From Prolixibacteraceae bacterium (GTDB lineage Bacteria; Bacteroidota; Bacteroidia; Bacteroidales; Prolixibacteraceae), in contig DAIDJX010000001.1 of the NCBI GenBank assembly GCA_027451165.1, forward strand, positions 1 through 34,876: DNA of 34,876 nt. The letters run 5' to 3'. The position numbers and the translations under genes were made by a program. Below are positions 1 through 9,808 of the stretch, one piece after another. Below the pieces are notes generated by a model, which was not told the origin of the DNA, did no database searches, and saw only the letters and a program-made list of their open reading frames with translations. How positions within the stretch are numbered: position 1 is the stretch's first letter; each line of letters begins with the position of its first letter.

Positions 1-124
1 GACCAAAAACAGAAGGAAGCCACCAGAAATCCGGCGGAATAAACTGTGAAACATACGACCCCAGAAGGGTTACAGAGGCCAGTACATTAATGATCAGTAC
101 TATATTTTTAAGGTTCCACTTCAA
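1..124 (-). CDS. 5' part of a probable endonuclease/exonuclease/phosphatase (EEP) family protein with N-terminal membrane helices; runs off the window edge
   Basis: Not in the ORF track. Manual translation from TTG at 124 (alternative TTG at 130) gives MKWNLKNIVLIINVLASVTLLGSYVSQFIPPDFWWLPSVFG..., open to base 1. This resembles the N-terminus of Bacteroidota membrane-anchored EEP proteins (LLxSYxSxFIxPxxFWxxxxFGL); the catalytic domain is outside the window. Confidence 0.6.
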   Translation of the reverse strand, partial: MKWNLKNIVLIINVLASVTLLGSYVSQFIPPDFWWLPSVFG

Positions 125-192
125 ATGCAAAACAGGTTATACTATTGCCTGGCGCAATTTAGCAAATAAAGGAATTGTTGTTTCCTTCGATC

Positions 193-1074
193 TCAGGGAG
201 ATATGAACAATCCCTGTTCAATTGTCACGCTTTTTTGAATAGCCCTGACCATCCTTTCTTTCCCCTGCAGATCCCTGCGGATTTCAATGGCTGAAAATTC
301 AAGTTCTTCCAAAAGGCTGGCGACAGCGTTTCCGAATTGTTCATTGATTTCGAAATAAAGTCTTCCCTCCGGCTTAAGCCAAAGCCGGGCAAAAACAGCA
401 ATCCGGCGGTAAAAGAGGAGGGGATCCTCATCAGGCACAAAGAGCGCCAGATGAGGTTCGAAATCCAGGACATTCCGCTTCATTAATTTTTTTTCGCCCT
501 CTGTCACATAAGGGGGATTGCTGATGATCAGATCAGCATGACTCCATCCTGTATACGTTTCCCAACTGAGTACATTCCTGTTTTCAAAAGTCACCTCCAG
601 CTGATTAAAGGCAGCATTTTGCCTGGCGGTTTCCAACGCACCGGGGGAAAGATCAATCCCTGATACATTGGACATCGGAAAGGCTTTCTTTATAGCCAGG
701 GCAATGCACCCGCTGCCGGTGCATAAATCATAAACAGAACAGGGAGAAGTAACCTGTTCCGAAATAATCCAATGTACCAATTCTTCGGTTTCAGGCCTGG
801 GGATCAACACCTGGGGATTTACCTGCAGGGAAAGTCCGTAAAACGCTGCACTCCCGAGTACATACTGGACAGGTTCGAGGTTTTTCAGCCTCAGTACCAT
901 TTCCTGCACGCGCTGACGTTCCCCGGGATCCAGGTTTTCTTCCTGCCGGAGGTATACATCAGTCAGGGTGTATCCGCGTATCGCCATGAAAATTTGTTTG
1001 ATTATTTCACGGATCTCCCCCTCCGAATGGGAGGAACTCAATTCCCTGCGGATATATTGAATTGTCGCCTGCAT
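193..1074 (-). CDS. prmC: Release factor glutamine N5-methyltransferase PrmC/HemK
   Basis: EPVQYVLG, VLIPRPETEELV, DLCTGSGCIA SAM-binding motif, catalytic SNPPY, FEPHLALF. Confidence 0.96.
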   Translation of the reverse strand: MQATIQYIRRELSSSHSEGEIREIIKQIFMAIRGYTLTDVYLRQEENLDPGERQRVQEMVLRLKNLEPVQYVLGSAAFYGLSLQVNPQVLIPRPETEELVHWIISEQVTSPCSVYDLCTGSGCIALAIKKAFPMSNVSGIDLSPGALETARQNAAFNQLEVTFENRNVLSWETYTGWSHADLIISNPPYVTEGEKKLMKRNVLDFEPHLALFVPDEDPLLFYRRIAVFARLWLKPEGRLYFEINEQFGNAVASLLEELEFSAIEIRRDLQGKERMVRAIQKSVTIEQGLFISP

Positions 1075-1086
1075 TCTATATTTTTA

Positions 1087-1094
1087 CAAAGTTA
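1087..1094 (-). promoter_or_regulatory. Bacteroidota -7 promoter box (TAACTTTG) for prmC
   Basis: Exact TAnnTTTG match on the minus strand, 12 bp upstream of the prmC ATG, in the 34-bp divergent prmC/ribD gap. Confidence 0.65.
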
Positions 1095-1108
1095 CTTTTT
1101 TCCATGGC

Positions 1109-2164
1109 ATGACCAGCTCTGAGAAATATATGCAACGATGCCTGCTTCTGGCCAGAGGGGGTGAAGGGAGTGTTTCCCCCAATCCACTGGTGGGTTGCGT
1201 GATCGTCAGGGAGGACAGGATCATCGGCGAAGGTTTCCACCGGTTATTCGGAGGGCCCCATGCTGAGGTTTATGCCATTGAATCCGTAAAAAATAAAGAA
1301 TTGTTAGCCGGCAGCACCCTGTATGTTAATCTCGAACCCTGTGCCCATTACGGAAAAACTCCGCCTTGCTCGGAATTGATCATCAGAAGCCGCATTCCAC
1401 GGGTAGTTGTGGGGATGGTTGACCCATTTCCGGCAGTCGCCGGCAAAGGAGTAGACATGCTGCGGCTTTCAGGAGTTGAAGTGAAGACTGGTATGCTGGA
1501 GAAAGAATGCCAGGAGCTGAACAGGAGATTTGTCACTTTCATACGGAAGAAACGACCCTACATTATTCTGAAATGGGCCATGACCGCCGACGGATTTATG
1601 GATGCCGGGGGAAACAATAAAGTGCAGGGAGTACCTGTCAGAATTTCCGGCCCGCTGGCCCATGTCCTGGTACATCGCCAGAGAACTACTGAAGACGCCA
1701 TCCTGGTCGGCACCCGTACAGCCCTGAACGATAACCCGGAACTGACAGCCAGGGAATGGAGCGGAAAAAACCCGGTACGGATAGTCATTGACCGTACACT
1801 CCAACTGCCCCCTACCCTCCGGCTTTTCGACGGAAACCACAAAACCATTGTTTTCAATGAAGTGAAAACCCACCAGGCAGGTAACATTCAGTGGGAAAAG
1901 ATCAATACAGAATCCGATTTTACAGATCAGGTTATCCATAAATTACCGGAATGGAACATTCAGTCGCTGGTGGTGGAAGGAGGTGCTCGTACCCTTCAAA
2001 AATTCATTGAGCGCAACCTGTGGGATGAAGCCCACATCTACACCGGTAACTCCTGGTTCTTCACCGGACTTAAAGCGCCCTGGATTTCAGGTGAAATTAC
2101 GGGCAGGGAGGAACTGGAAGAGAGCACCCTGACTGTATTGCGAAACCCTGCCCAGCGATTATAA
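1109..2164 (+). CDS. ribD: Bifunctional riboflavin biosynthesis deaminase/reductase RibD
   Basis: SPNPLVGCVIV, HAE and EPCAHYGKTPPC zinc deaminase motifs; reductase half with ILVGTRT..DNP and VEGG. Confidence 0.96.
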   Translation: MTSSEKYMQRCLLLARGGEGSVSPNPLVGCVIVREDRIIGEGFHRLFGGPHAEVYAIESVKNKELLAGSTLYVNLEPCAHYGKTPPCSELIIRSRIPRVVVGMVDPFPAVAGKGVDMLRLSGVEVKTGMLEKECQELNRRFVTFIRKKRPYIILKWAMTADGFMDAGGNNKVQGVPVRISGPLAHVLVHRQRTTEDAILVGTRTALNDNPELTAREWSGKNPVRIVIDRTLQLPPTLRLFDGNHKTIVFNEVKTHQAGNIQWEKINTESDFTDQVIHKLPEWNIQSLVVEGGARTLQKFIERNLWDEAHIYTGNSWFFTGLKAPWISGEITGREELEESTLTVLRNPAQRL

Positions 2165-2212
2165 CGCCATTTTCATGGGATACCCGACCTGTTCAGGGTA
2201 ATCCTGAAGGAA

Positions 2213-2247
2213 ACCAAATCCGAAATCGTACATCCGAAATCCGAAAT
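2213..2247 (-). repeat. Heptamer tandem array ATTTCGG-type (5 units) just after the sprA stop
   Basis: Minus strand reads ATTTCGG ATTTCGG ATGTACG ATTTCGG ATTTGGT. Confidence 0.85.
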
Positions 2248-2256
2248 GTCATTACC

Positions 2257-5200
2257 TTACTGGGCAAGTGTGAACCTGAACGAAACCCCGAAATTGGTAT
2301 TGGAAGTATCAAAAGAACCAACAAATGGCTGATTGATCACCTTGTCAAAATAGAGCCGCAACTGGAAACGATCGCTGAGCATATAATCGGCGGTGGTTTT
2401 AATGGTTATGGCATTTTGCCCGGCAGTCAGCTGATCCGTATCTTCCACCAGCCTTCTCAGAATGGTCTTGTTCTTCCGGAATGACAAGTCTGCCCGGAGG
2501 GTAAGGTCATTGGAATACGACTGCTGGGAATTCTTGGTTTTGATGATCAGGTCCATCCTGGTAAAGCGGTATCCCACGCCGAGCACATATTCATTGCTGA
2601 GCACTTCCGTCAGCTGGTTATTGGCAAAAGATAAGGCCATGCTGCGGGAACGCCTGATCTCCGCCTTTGTGGTCAGGTCATTTACCCAGGTAACATCCAT
2701 ATTCACCAGCGGGCTGAAAGTTTCGTTGATGCTGACGGAATTAAACTCGTAAGCAGGCAGGAAATTATTCTGAATGTCCCGGATGTAGCTGAAGCCGTCA
2801 TCCATGGTCATATAATTCAGGTTGGTCAGGAAGGAACCCACTGTATAACTGGACCGGTAAGAATGGGTAAAATTGAAGGATTTCATGGCTTTGTTCAGCA
2901 CGGGAATTTTGGAGATAATCCCTTCATACTGCACTCTCCAGTTGGGCCGGATGTACTTTATGGAGGGGAAAAGACCAAGTGAAACCTTGTAGGGATCGAT
3001 GCCCTGATAAGCAGCCAGGAAAGCGGGAACCAGCACCTCCACGGAGGTAGGCCCGTAACCGTCGGGGAAGCCGGTTGCCGGGTCGATCCCTGTGGGGTCA
3101 TAACCGTTGGCAGCAGGCCTGCGGGCAGCTAATCGCTGTGAAATGATCCTACGGTAGTCTTTCAGGTTCTGAAAAGCTTCTGATTGTTTCACCTCTTCTT
3201 TCCCAATGGCAAAAAAGGCAGTGCTCCAGGTCAGCACCGACATACTGAAATTTCCTCTTTCGGTAAGATTCTGAGCGTTGAAACTTCCCAGAGACTCATC
3301 AAAATTATAGAATTCGCTGATGTTTTTGGAAATGGTACGATCTGCATCCACATCAATTCTCAGGTCAGGCAGAGGTTCCACATCTGCCCGGATGTTGAAA
3401 CGGGTGTTGGAATTGAACTGGAAGGGAAGATTCAGCAGCGGATCCGTTGTCAGCCAGCCCCTTTCGCCGGCGCTTTGGGCAAACTTACGGTCCTGCCATC
3501 CCATCAGGAAGGGAAATCCGGGAGAATAGCTGCCGGCAATAGACCGGCCGAACATATCGGCATCCGGTGTAAACCGTCCGCCGCCGAGGAAGGCAGGCTC
3601 AGGAAGATATCCCGGCAATACAGATCCACCCGAAGTATTCATCGTTACCGAGATGTTCCTCACTCCGGTAGCCATCCTCAGGGTCACATCCAGGATATCC
3701 TTAAGGATGTTTTTCTCTGATTTCCCGGTAATCACCACTTTGCCACCGGCTACACTATCGGTGTAAGCGAGTTCCACAGCGTTTTTATCAACTGTTTTGG
3801 TTTTTACAGGAATGGTTTTGCCACTGGCATCGGTAAACCTGACAGTGACACCTTCCGTATTAAGCCGGTGTGCAATAATGACAGGAACTTTTGGACCGAG
3901 ATTGATGTTGTCCTGTTTATACTCAGGTTTGGGTTCCCTGACCGGTACACGGGGTTCCGGTTGTTGAGGTTGTCTCCTGCCTCCCATGGTGGATCCCTGC
4001 TGCATCCGGGTGCTGTACCGGCTTCGTCCGGTATTCTGGAACTTGGACTCCAGGTTTCTTAGGTAAGGGATCATCTGGTAGATGGAAGTCAGACTAAAGG
4101 TACCGGTCAACTGAAGATTCTGTGAATTTTCAATCACATTTCCCAGCCTGATGGTATCGGAAGTGATCGCGCCGGCTTCCCAGTTGTAAGATCCTTCGTA
4201 AATCCCCATGACATTCACAAAACTCAGTGCCTTGATCTGATTGAGGGGCAAAGTATACGATACATTCACATTGTGGTTGTACAATACCGGCCTGCCCAGG
4301 TTGACCAGATTGGAGACGATGGAGTCACGTTTCCACTCGTAATCATTATCCCTCCGGTTCAGACTGCCCTCCGGTTCATCGATCCTTGAGACATTCCGGG
4401 AGGAAAAGTCGAATTTAAGGTTTTGGGTAATATCGTAACGCAAGTCAAAATTCCTGTTCCACAAAAAGTCCTTTTCATAGGTTTTGGGCAGAATCAGCAT
4501 GGGGTTGGTAATGTTACGGGTCTGAATTTCATTGTACCGGCGGTAAAGATCGGTGCGGAACGAAATCTGGGATGGCAGCGGATAGAAATTCAATCCTCCA
4601 AGCAGCTTCAGCGGCCCTTTCTGAAGTATGGGCACCTTTGAAAACGGGGTGATCACCTTCGGTCTGGTACTGAAGTTATAGGAAAGCATTCCGCGGTAAA
4701 TCTTGTCAATATTGTATTCCGTATTGACATTCCTCTGAAAGATTTCATTATAGGAATAAGTCATGGCAAAATTTCCCGGGCTCCAGAGTTTGGGCGGTTT
4801 GGGATTTTCAGACTGCGGATCGAACTTTATGTTGGTGAAATTCAGGCTTTTTCTGATAACCAAATCCTGCGACAAATTCCGGATAGAATCGCGATCAGCC
4901 TTATTATCCAGGTTCTTCAGGGTACTTTTCAGCTCAATATCAGGATTAAGCGGGTCATATTTTGGAGTGGTGTTGCTCCTCGAATAGCCGTAATACATGG
5001 GGATATTGACGCCCGATTCTTTGGGAAAGAACCTGCCCAGGTCGATAGAAGCTGCCACATCAAGTTCCTGCAGGTTATCTAAACTACGCTGGTTTACTTT
5101 TTCCTGAATACTCCCGAAACCTGCAGACCGGCTTCTTCCGGCAACGGTGACTGTACCCAGGTCGGCCAGCCGGGCGGTAACCCGGGCATTTGCTGCCCAG

Positions 5201-8200
5201 CCTCCACTTTCATCAAAATCGGTCAGCCGGAGTTCATTGGCCCAAACCTCCACTGATTTCGCACCGGTATTGACCTGTTTCTTTTTGTTCCTGACCCCCA
5301 TCATCATGACCTGGACATTTCCCAGGTTCGGGCTTCCCTTTACCCTGACAAGGTTTTTATCGTTGTTCCAACCCCTGTGGATCACTTCATAGACATCCTG
5401 AAGCCGGAGGGTTGAACCGGTCCGGCGCATGGCAGCATCCCGGTCGAGTTTGGCATTGGTGAAAAGTTCAAGGGGAATATCAATCCTGTTTTCGTCGGGC
5501 CACACCTTAAACCGGTCAGCCAGAATCTCTCCGTTGTACCGTCCGGGTTTGGTTAGCGACAGGGGAACTTCATATTCATAATAGTTATAATTGTAGTCGG
5601 TTCCCATCCGGATAAAAAAAGTAAGTTCTTCATCCTGGAGTGATTCACCCTCCATCTCTTCTGCATGTACTTCCAGTTTCAGCCTTTTATACCGCCTGAA
5701 ATCCATGTAAATGCTTTTGTAGGCTGCCCGGGCATCTCCCTGTTCCAGATCCTTGATTTTCAGAACCATGGCCTGTTCATTCAACTGGCGCAACTGCGGG
5801 TTGGCAGGGTCAATCACCCTGTCAATCCCCGGAGGAAGAACATAATTCACAGGCTCCTTACTCCCATTCTCCTCCACATTGACCGCAGAAAGGTCAAAAG
5901 AGGCATTTCCGGCAACCGCACTACCCTGCTCCTTTAACGATTGGGTATAGCGCCGCCAGTCGGACCGCACCAGGTCAAGGGTGGCAAACCTGACTACCAC
6001 CGGATCCTTAAAATTGCGAAGGAAAAGACGCAGGAATCTGATAGATTTAAAATCACTGATCGACCCGAAAACCTGATCATACTGGCGTACGGGAATTTTA
6101 AACTGGTACCATTTCACCTCCCCGATTTGGCCGTTTTTCAGCTGAACGCGGGATTGTTTGATGTTGTTGATGTAATTTTTCCCAAGTACCATATCCTGTT
6201 TGCGGAGACTGACCCGGTACTGGTAGTATCTTTCATATTCATTCAGGGTATTGTCGGCGTTGATGTCTTCTGCATCCGGCAGGGTAGACGCCGAAGTGGA
6301 ATAGGTTTCAGGCGACATTTCTGCTGTCGGCGAGTTGCCGTCAGGGCCGTTAAACCGCTTGTAGCGTTCCAGAATGCTCCGTTCTTGCTGATCATAATCA
6401 CTGCCTCTGTAGTAATGGTAATTATCCCCGGCAGGGTCATTTTCGACCGGCAGATACGCATCCGGATTCAGAATGTTCTTGATTTCATTGAGATAACCTG
6501 AGAAAAAAGAACCCTCATCCTTACTGTTCAGGCCATCAAAGCCCAGGTCCTGGTAAGTCCTTGATCCGGTGTTGTTGTCAAAAGCATTGACGAGCGACTG
6601 CTGGGAGGAAACCCTTCCCCAAATAGTGGTATCCAGGTTGGTAACCGCACTGGAAGTTGGGAGCCCGTTCTCAAACGCCTTCCGGCTGTCGCGGAGTACA
6701 TCTTCCGAAATGTCCCCCAGATTGAAAAAAAGGTCTCCTCCCTCCGGGGTGCCCAGCGTGTCGTTGACAAAAGGATCCATCATCCAGAATTCCAGGAATT
6801 CGATGTTAGCCGTTTCAAAGTCGCTGTTGTCGATTTTTCGCATGATACCGCCCCACCTCGATTCAGGATTTCTTAATCTTCCGTCGGCTTGTATACCGGC
6901 TGACCAGGAAGAAGGCCGGGTATCAAAGTTATATGGCCCTCTTTCATTGGGATAAAACGCCAGGTCAAAGACAGAAATGTTGGTGGGTTCTCCGACCACT
7001 GATTCCTTATCCGGAAAGATTTCCTGTTCAAAAACCTCGCGTACCAAATGATTGGACTGCAGATCCTTGTTGTTCTTAATGTGGGAAGGGGTCAGCGAGC
7101 TGCTCCTGAGGAACAGCGGATCGATAATATACCAGGCCAACAACGCCCGGTTATAACCATAAGCAAGATTGTTGCTGAGGTTTCCTTCCGGGAAAATATT
7201 CTGGTGCTGGGGGGTACTGGCCAATACCCATGACTGACGGGGTTTCAGGTCTATTGAGGTGGAAGTGCCTTCGAAATCATCGATGTAGGCGGTTCCGCTT
7301 TTTTCAACTACGCTGGAATGCCCCGGGATAAGCTGGGCAAACTCACCTTCAAAATTAATGGTGGAGGGTGCTTTGGTACTGATAAAGGGCAATTTATCGA
7401 TCATCCTGGTTATTAAACGGCTTTCACCGGCATAGGTTACATCCAGACCCAGCATCAGGTTGGAGATCGGATCCTGCCCGTAATCCACCTTTTGGGTCAA
7501 TGGCCTTTCCTGCATGAAAAGGGCGGTACCGCCAATGTTGAACCGGTCGGATAAGGCATAGTTGGCATGGGCGCCCAGCAGGGTTTTTCGCTGCATGCTG
7601 AAGAGATCTTCACTTTCTGTGGAAACCTGGATGGGGGTTCCAGCTTCGAGAAGACCTGGATTGATGACCGTCACGCGGCCTAAAGTATAATCGACCGTAT
7701 AATCCACGTTTTCAGTCAATTCACGGCCCCCGGCGCTTACTTTGACAGACCCCTGGGCAAGGTTAAAAGCCCCGACGGATATGTCAGAACTGGAAGATCC
7801 TTTGTAACTTCCGGTTATCCTGAATTTGTTGTGTTCTGCGTCTTGTTCGGCTACCGTTTTGGTGGAATCATACAATGACTGGTACACATATTTGCTGATC
7901 AGCGCCGGAGTGCCCAGGGAATCAGCCAGGTGGCTCCCGAAGGGCTCAAGAACAGGAAATATTATCCTTCCGGTACTGGAATTTACGGTATACCCTTCCA
8001 CATAGTCGAACAAACCGTCTTTATAAGGATCCCGCTGTTTGTTCAGGTTATCAAGGTTCATCACATTCAGCAGAATGTGTCCGCTGATTCTGCCGGCAGG
8101 CAAATAATTGATGTATGTGCCGGTAGAATCATTCATGTACATGACGTTCAGGATGAAATTATCGCTGGTGAGCTGATAGGCATTCAGACTGTAAATGTTT

Positions 8201-9801
8201 TTCATCATCAGCTTCCAGGTGGGGGTTTTGGGGGTCAGATTGGTGCCTTTAATCAGTTTCAGGAGCAGCGTTTTTGGTGCATCCACCCCGTCGGTGGAGA
8301 ATTCCCCCACCTGAAACACCTGTCCGCCAACTGTATAATTAAAGGCAACAGCCAGCACCTCATCACTGTTAAGGGCATTGTTCAGGGAGATGTAGCCCAG
8401 CTGGAGGTTTACCGTATATTCTGAAGGCGTCAGCTTCCTCGCCTGTTCTATTTTGTCAAAATCCCTTCCTCCCATAAACTGGTTTCCGAAAGAAGACATC
8501 ACCGCAGTAATGGACTGGATATCCCGGACAGCCGTATAGGTTGAGGTCATTTCCTTGTACAGCCCGTTGGCATCATTGTTCGGAAAAATTCTGGCCACGC
8601 CCGTTTGCCCCGGCGTTTCCTGAAAAGAAGGGATGCTGTTGTACACATGCGGATTGTGTTCCCCCAGATCCTGGAAAGCCAGAATATTCCGGGATTCTGT
8701 GAAGTTGTTGGATTTATTGGTCACCCACACTTCAATTTTGTTGATGGTTACCCCCGACCGGATCACCGGAAGGGAACGGAGGGCTTCATCATAGTGGTCG
8801 CGGAAATACTGGGAAAGGAAAAAGTGACGGTTGGCATCATAATCAGCAGCGGATACCTCATACTCGGTAACCTGGGCCCCACCTTCCGTTTCCACGACTT
8901 TCGTCTCTCCCTTGTGCTGGGAGAACAGGGTGGTCAGGGTAAGTTTGCCAAACTGCATTTCCGATTTTACCCCGAAAAGATTGGAAGCGCCGGTAATGAG
9001 CGAACCGTTCAATGGAAGTGAAACGTTTCCCGCTTCAATACGTTTGATGATTTCATCTTCATCTCCCGTATATTCGAGGTTCATTTTGTTCTCATAATCA
9101 AAGGTAGCTTCCGTGTTGTAATTGACCCGCATCTTCATTTTCGTTCCAATCTCCCCCATCACATTCATCTGAATCTTCTGGTCGAAATCGAAGGAGGGGA
9201 CTCTCCTTAAACGCTCCGGAATAGCAGTGTTCTCAGTGGCATTCATCTGATAACCGAAACTTACCTCCACATACCCCTGTGGTTTCACATTGATGGTATT
9301 CCCGCCGAAAATCCGGTTAAAGGCCTCACTCTGAATGGTCAGCTTGGGGATGAGCGAATTTTTGGTATCCTCGCCGATGGTATTTTGCCGTTGCTTCCAA
9401 TATTCACTGATCGATTTCCGGAAGTCAAAGTTGACATAGTCCTGCAACGACATGGTTTGTGGAAGCCGGTAATTCAGTTTACCAACCTTTTCATAAAAAA
9501 CATATTGCCCGGTCACCGGATCGTATTCCACCTCGAACCCGATATTACCGGGCTTCTTCAGATAAAGGGAGGAGGTATCCTGCCGCTCGGGAAAACCAAA
9601 AGCAGGCTGATCCCTGAAGGGGTAAGGAAGTTTCCCAGTGGTATCTTTTCTGACAGTATCCTGGGGTAGCACCTCCATTGGGAAAAAAGGATGACTCCCC
9701 ACACGGTTTTCCGCCCGTAAAATAGTTCCCTTTTCCGGGAAGTGGAGGGTAATTAACAATAAAAGTACGGATATATTTTTAATGCTTTTACTCCAATTCA
9801 T
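2257..9801 (-). CDS. sprA: Type IX secretion system outer-membrane translocon SprA/Sov
   Basis: 2514 aa with an N-terminal signal-like segment; motifs IFGGNTINVKPQG, FDFDQKIQMNV, YTGDEDEIIKRIEAGNVSLP, AYIDDFEG, FKSIRFLR, EVWANELRL; C-terminal beta-signal FRFTL; directly downstream of ruvA as usual in Bacteroidota. Confidence 0.95.
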   Translation of the reverse strand: MNWSKSIKNISVLLLLITLHFPEKGTILRAENRVGSHPFFPMEVLPQDTVRKDTTGKLPYPFRDQPAFGFPERQDTSSLYLKKPGNIGFEVEYDPVTGQYVFYEKVGKLNYRLPQTMSLQDYVNFDFRKSISEYWKQRQNTIGEDTKNSLIPKLTIQSEAFNRIFGGNTINVKPQGYVEVSFGYQMNATENTAIPERLRRVPSFDFDQKIQMNVMGEIGTKMKMRVNYNTEATFDYENKMNLEYTGDEDEIIKRIEAGNVSLPLNGSLITGASNLFGVKSEMQFGKLTLTTLFSQHKGETKVVETEGGAQVTEYEVSAADYDANRHFFLSQYFRDHYDEALRSLPVIRSGVTINKIEVWVTNKSNNFTESRNILAFQDLGEHNPHVYNSIPSFQETPGQTGVARIFPNNDANGLYKEMTSTYTAVRDIQSITAVMSSFGNQFMGGRDFDKIEQARKLTPSEYTVNLQLGYISLNNALNSDEVLAVAFNYTVGGQVFQVGEFSTDGVDAPKTLLLKLIKGTNLTPKTPTWKLMMKNIYSLNAYQLTSDNFILNVMYMNDSTGTYINYLPAGRISGHILLNVMNLDNLNKQRDPYKDGLFDYVEGYTVNSSTGRIIFPVLEPFGSHLADSLGTPALISKYVYQSLYDSTKTVAEQDAEHNKFRITGSYKGSSSSDISVGAFNLAQGSVKVSAGGRELTENVDYTVDYTLGRVTVINPGLLEAGTPIQVSTESEDLFSMQRKTLLGAHANYALSDRFNIGGTALFMQERPLTQKVDYGQDPISNLMLGLDVTYAGESRLITRMIDKLPFISTKAPSTINFEGEFAQLIPGHSSVVEKSGTAYIDDFEGTSTSIDLKPRQSWVLASTPQHQNIFPEGNLSNNLAYGYNRALLAWYIIDPLFLRSSSLTPSHIKNNKDLQSNHLVREVFEQEIFPDKESVVGEPTNISVFDLAFYPNERGPYNFDTRPSSWSAGIQADGRLRNPESRWGGIMRKIDNSDFETANIEFLEFWMMDPFVNDTLGTPEGGDLFFNLGDISEDVLRDSRKAFENGLPTSSAVTNLDTTIWGRVSSQQSLVNAFDNNTGSRTYQDLGFDGLNSKDEGSFFSGYLNEIKNILNPDAYLPVENDPAGDNYHYYRGSDYDQQERSILERYKRFNGPDGNSPTAEMSPETYSTSASTLPDAEDINADNTLNEYERYYQYRVSLRKQDMVLGKNYINNIKQSRVQLKNGQIGEVKWYQFKIPVRQYDQVFGSISDFKSIRFLRLFLRNFKDPVVVRFATLDLVRSDWRRYTQSLKEQGSAVAGNASFDLSAVNVEENGSKEPVNYVLPPGIDRVIDPANPQLRQLNEQAMVLKIKDLEQGDARAAYKSIYMDFRRYKRLKLEVHAEEMEGESLQDEELTFFIRMGTDYNYNYYEYEVPLSLTKPGRYNGEILADRFKVWPDENRIDIPLELFTNAKLDRDAAMRRTGSTLRLQDVYEVIHRGWNNDKNLVRVKGSPNLGNVQVMMMGVRNKKKQVNTGAKSVEVWANELRLTDFDESGGWAANARVTARLADLGTVTVAGRSRSAGFGSIQEKVNQRSLDNLQELDVAASIDLGRFFPKESGVNIPMYYGYSRSNTTPKYDPLNPDIELKSTLKNLDNKADRDSIRNLSQDLVIRKSLNFTNIKFDPQSENPKPPKLWSPGNFAMTYSYNEIFQRNVNTEYNIDKIYRGMLSYNFSTRPKVITPFSKVPILQKGPLKLLGGLNFYPLPSQISFRTDLYRRYNEIQTRNITNPMLILPKTYEKDFLWNRNFDLRYDITQNLKFDFSSRNVSRIDEPEGSLNRRDNDYEWKRDSIVSNLVNLGRPVLYNHNVNVSYTLPLNQIKALSFVNVMGIYEGSYNWEAGAITSDTIRLGNVIENSQNLQLTGTFSLTSIYQMIPYLRNLESKFQNTGRSRYSTRMQQGSTMGGRRQPQQPEPRVPVREPKPEYKQDNINLGPKVPVIIAHRLNTEGVTVRFTDASGKTIPVKTKTVDKNAVELAYTDSVAGGKVVITGKSEKNILKDILDVTLRMATGVRNISVTMNTSGGSVLPGYLPEPAFLGGGRFTPDADMFGRSIAGSYSPGFPFLMGWQDRKFAQSAGERGWLTTDPLLNLPFQFNSNTRFNIRADVEPLPDLRIDVDADRTISKNISEFYNFDESLGSFNAQNLTERGNFSMSVLTWSTAFFAIGKEEVKQSEAFQNLKDYRRIISQRLAARRPAANGYDPTGIDPATGFPDGYGPTSVEVLVPAFLAAYQGIDPYKVSLGLFPSIKYIRPNWRVQYEGIISKIPVLNKAMKSFNFTHSYRSSYTVGSFLTNLNYMTMDDGFSYIRDIQNNFLPAYEFNSVSINETFSPLVNMDVTWVNDLTTKAEIRRSRSMALSFANNQLTEVLSNEYVLGVGYRFTRMDLIIKTKNSQQSYSNDLTLRADLSFRKNKTILRRLVEDTDQLTAGQNAITIKTTADYMLSDRFQLRLYFDKVINQPFVGSFDTSNTNFGVSFRFTLAQ

Positions 9802-9808
9802 TCAATCG

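Noticed and set aside
169-187. AAGGAA-N7-TTCCTT hairpin after the prmC stop as a terminator
   Set aside because: Short AT-rich stem with only a weak, interrupted U-tract; not enough support.
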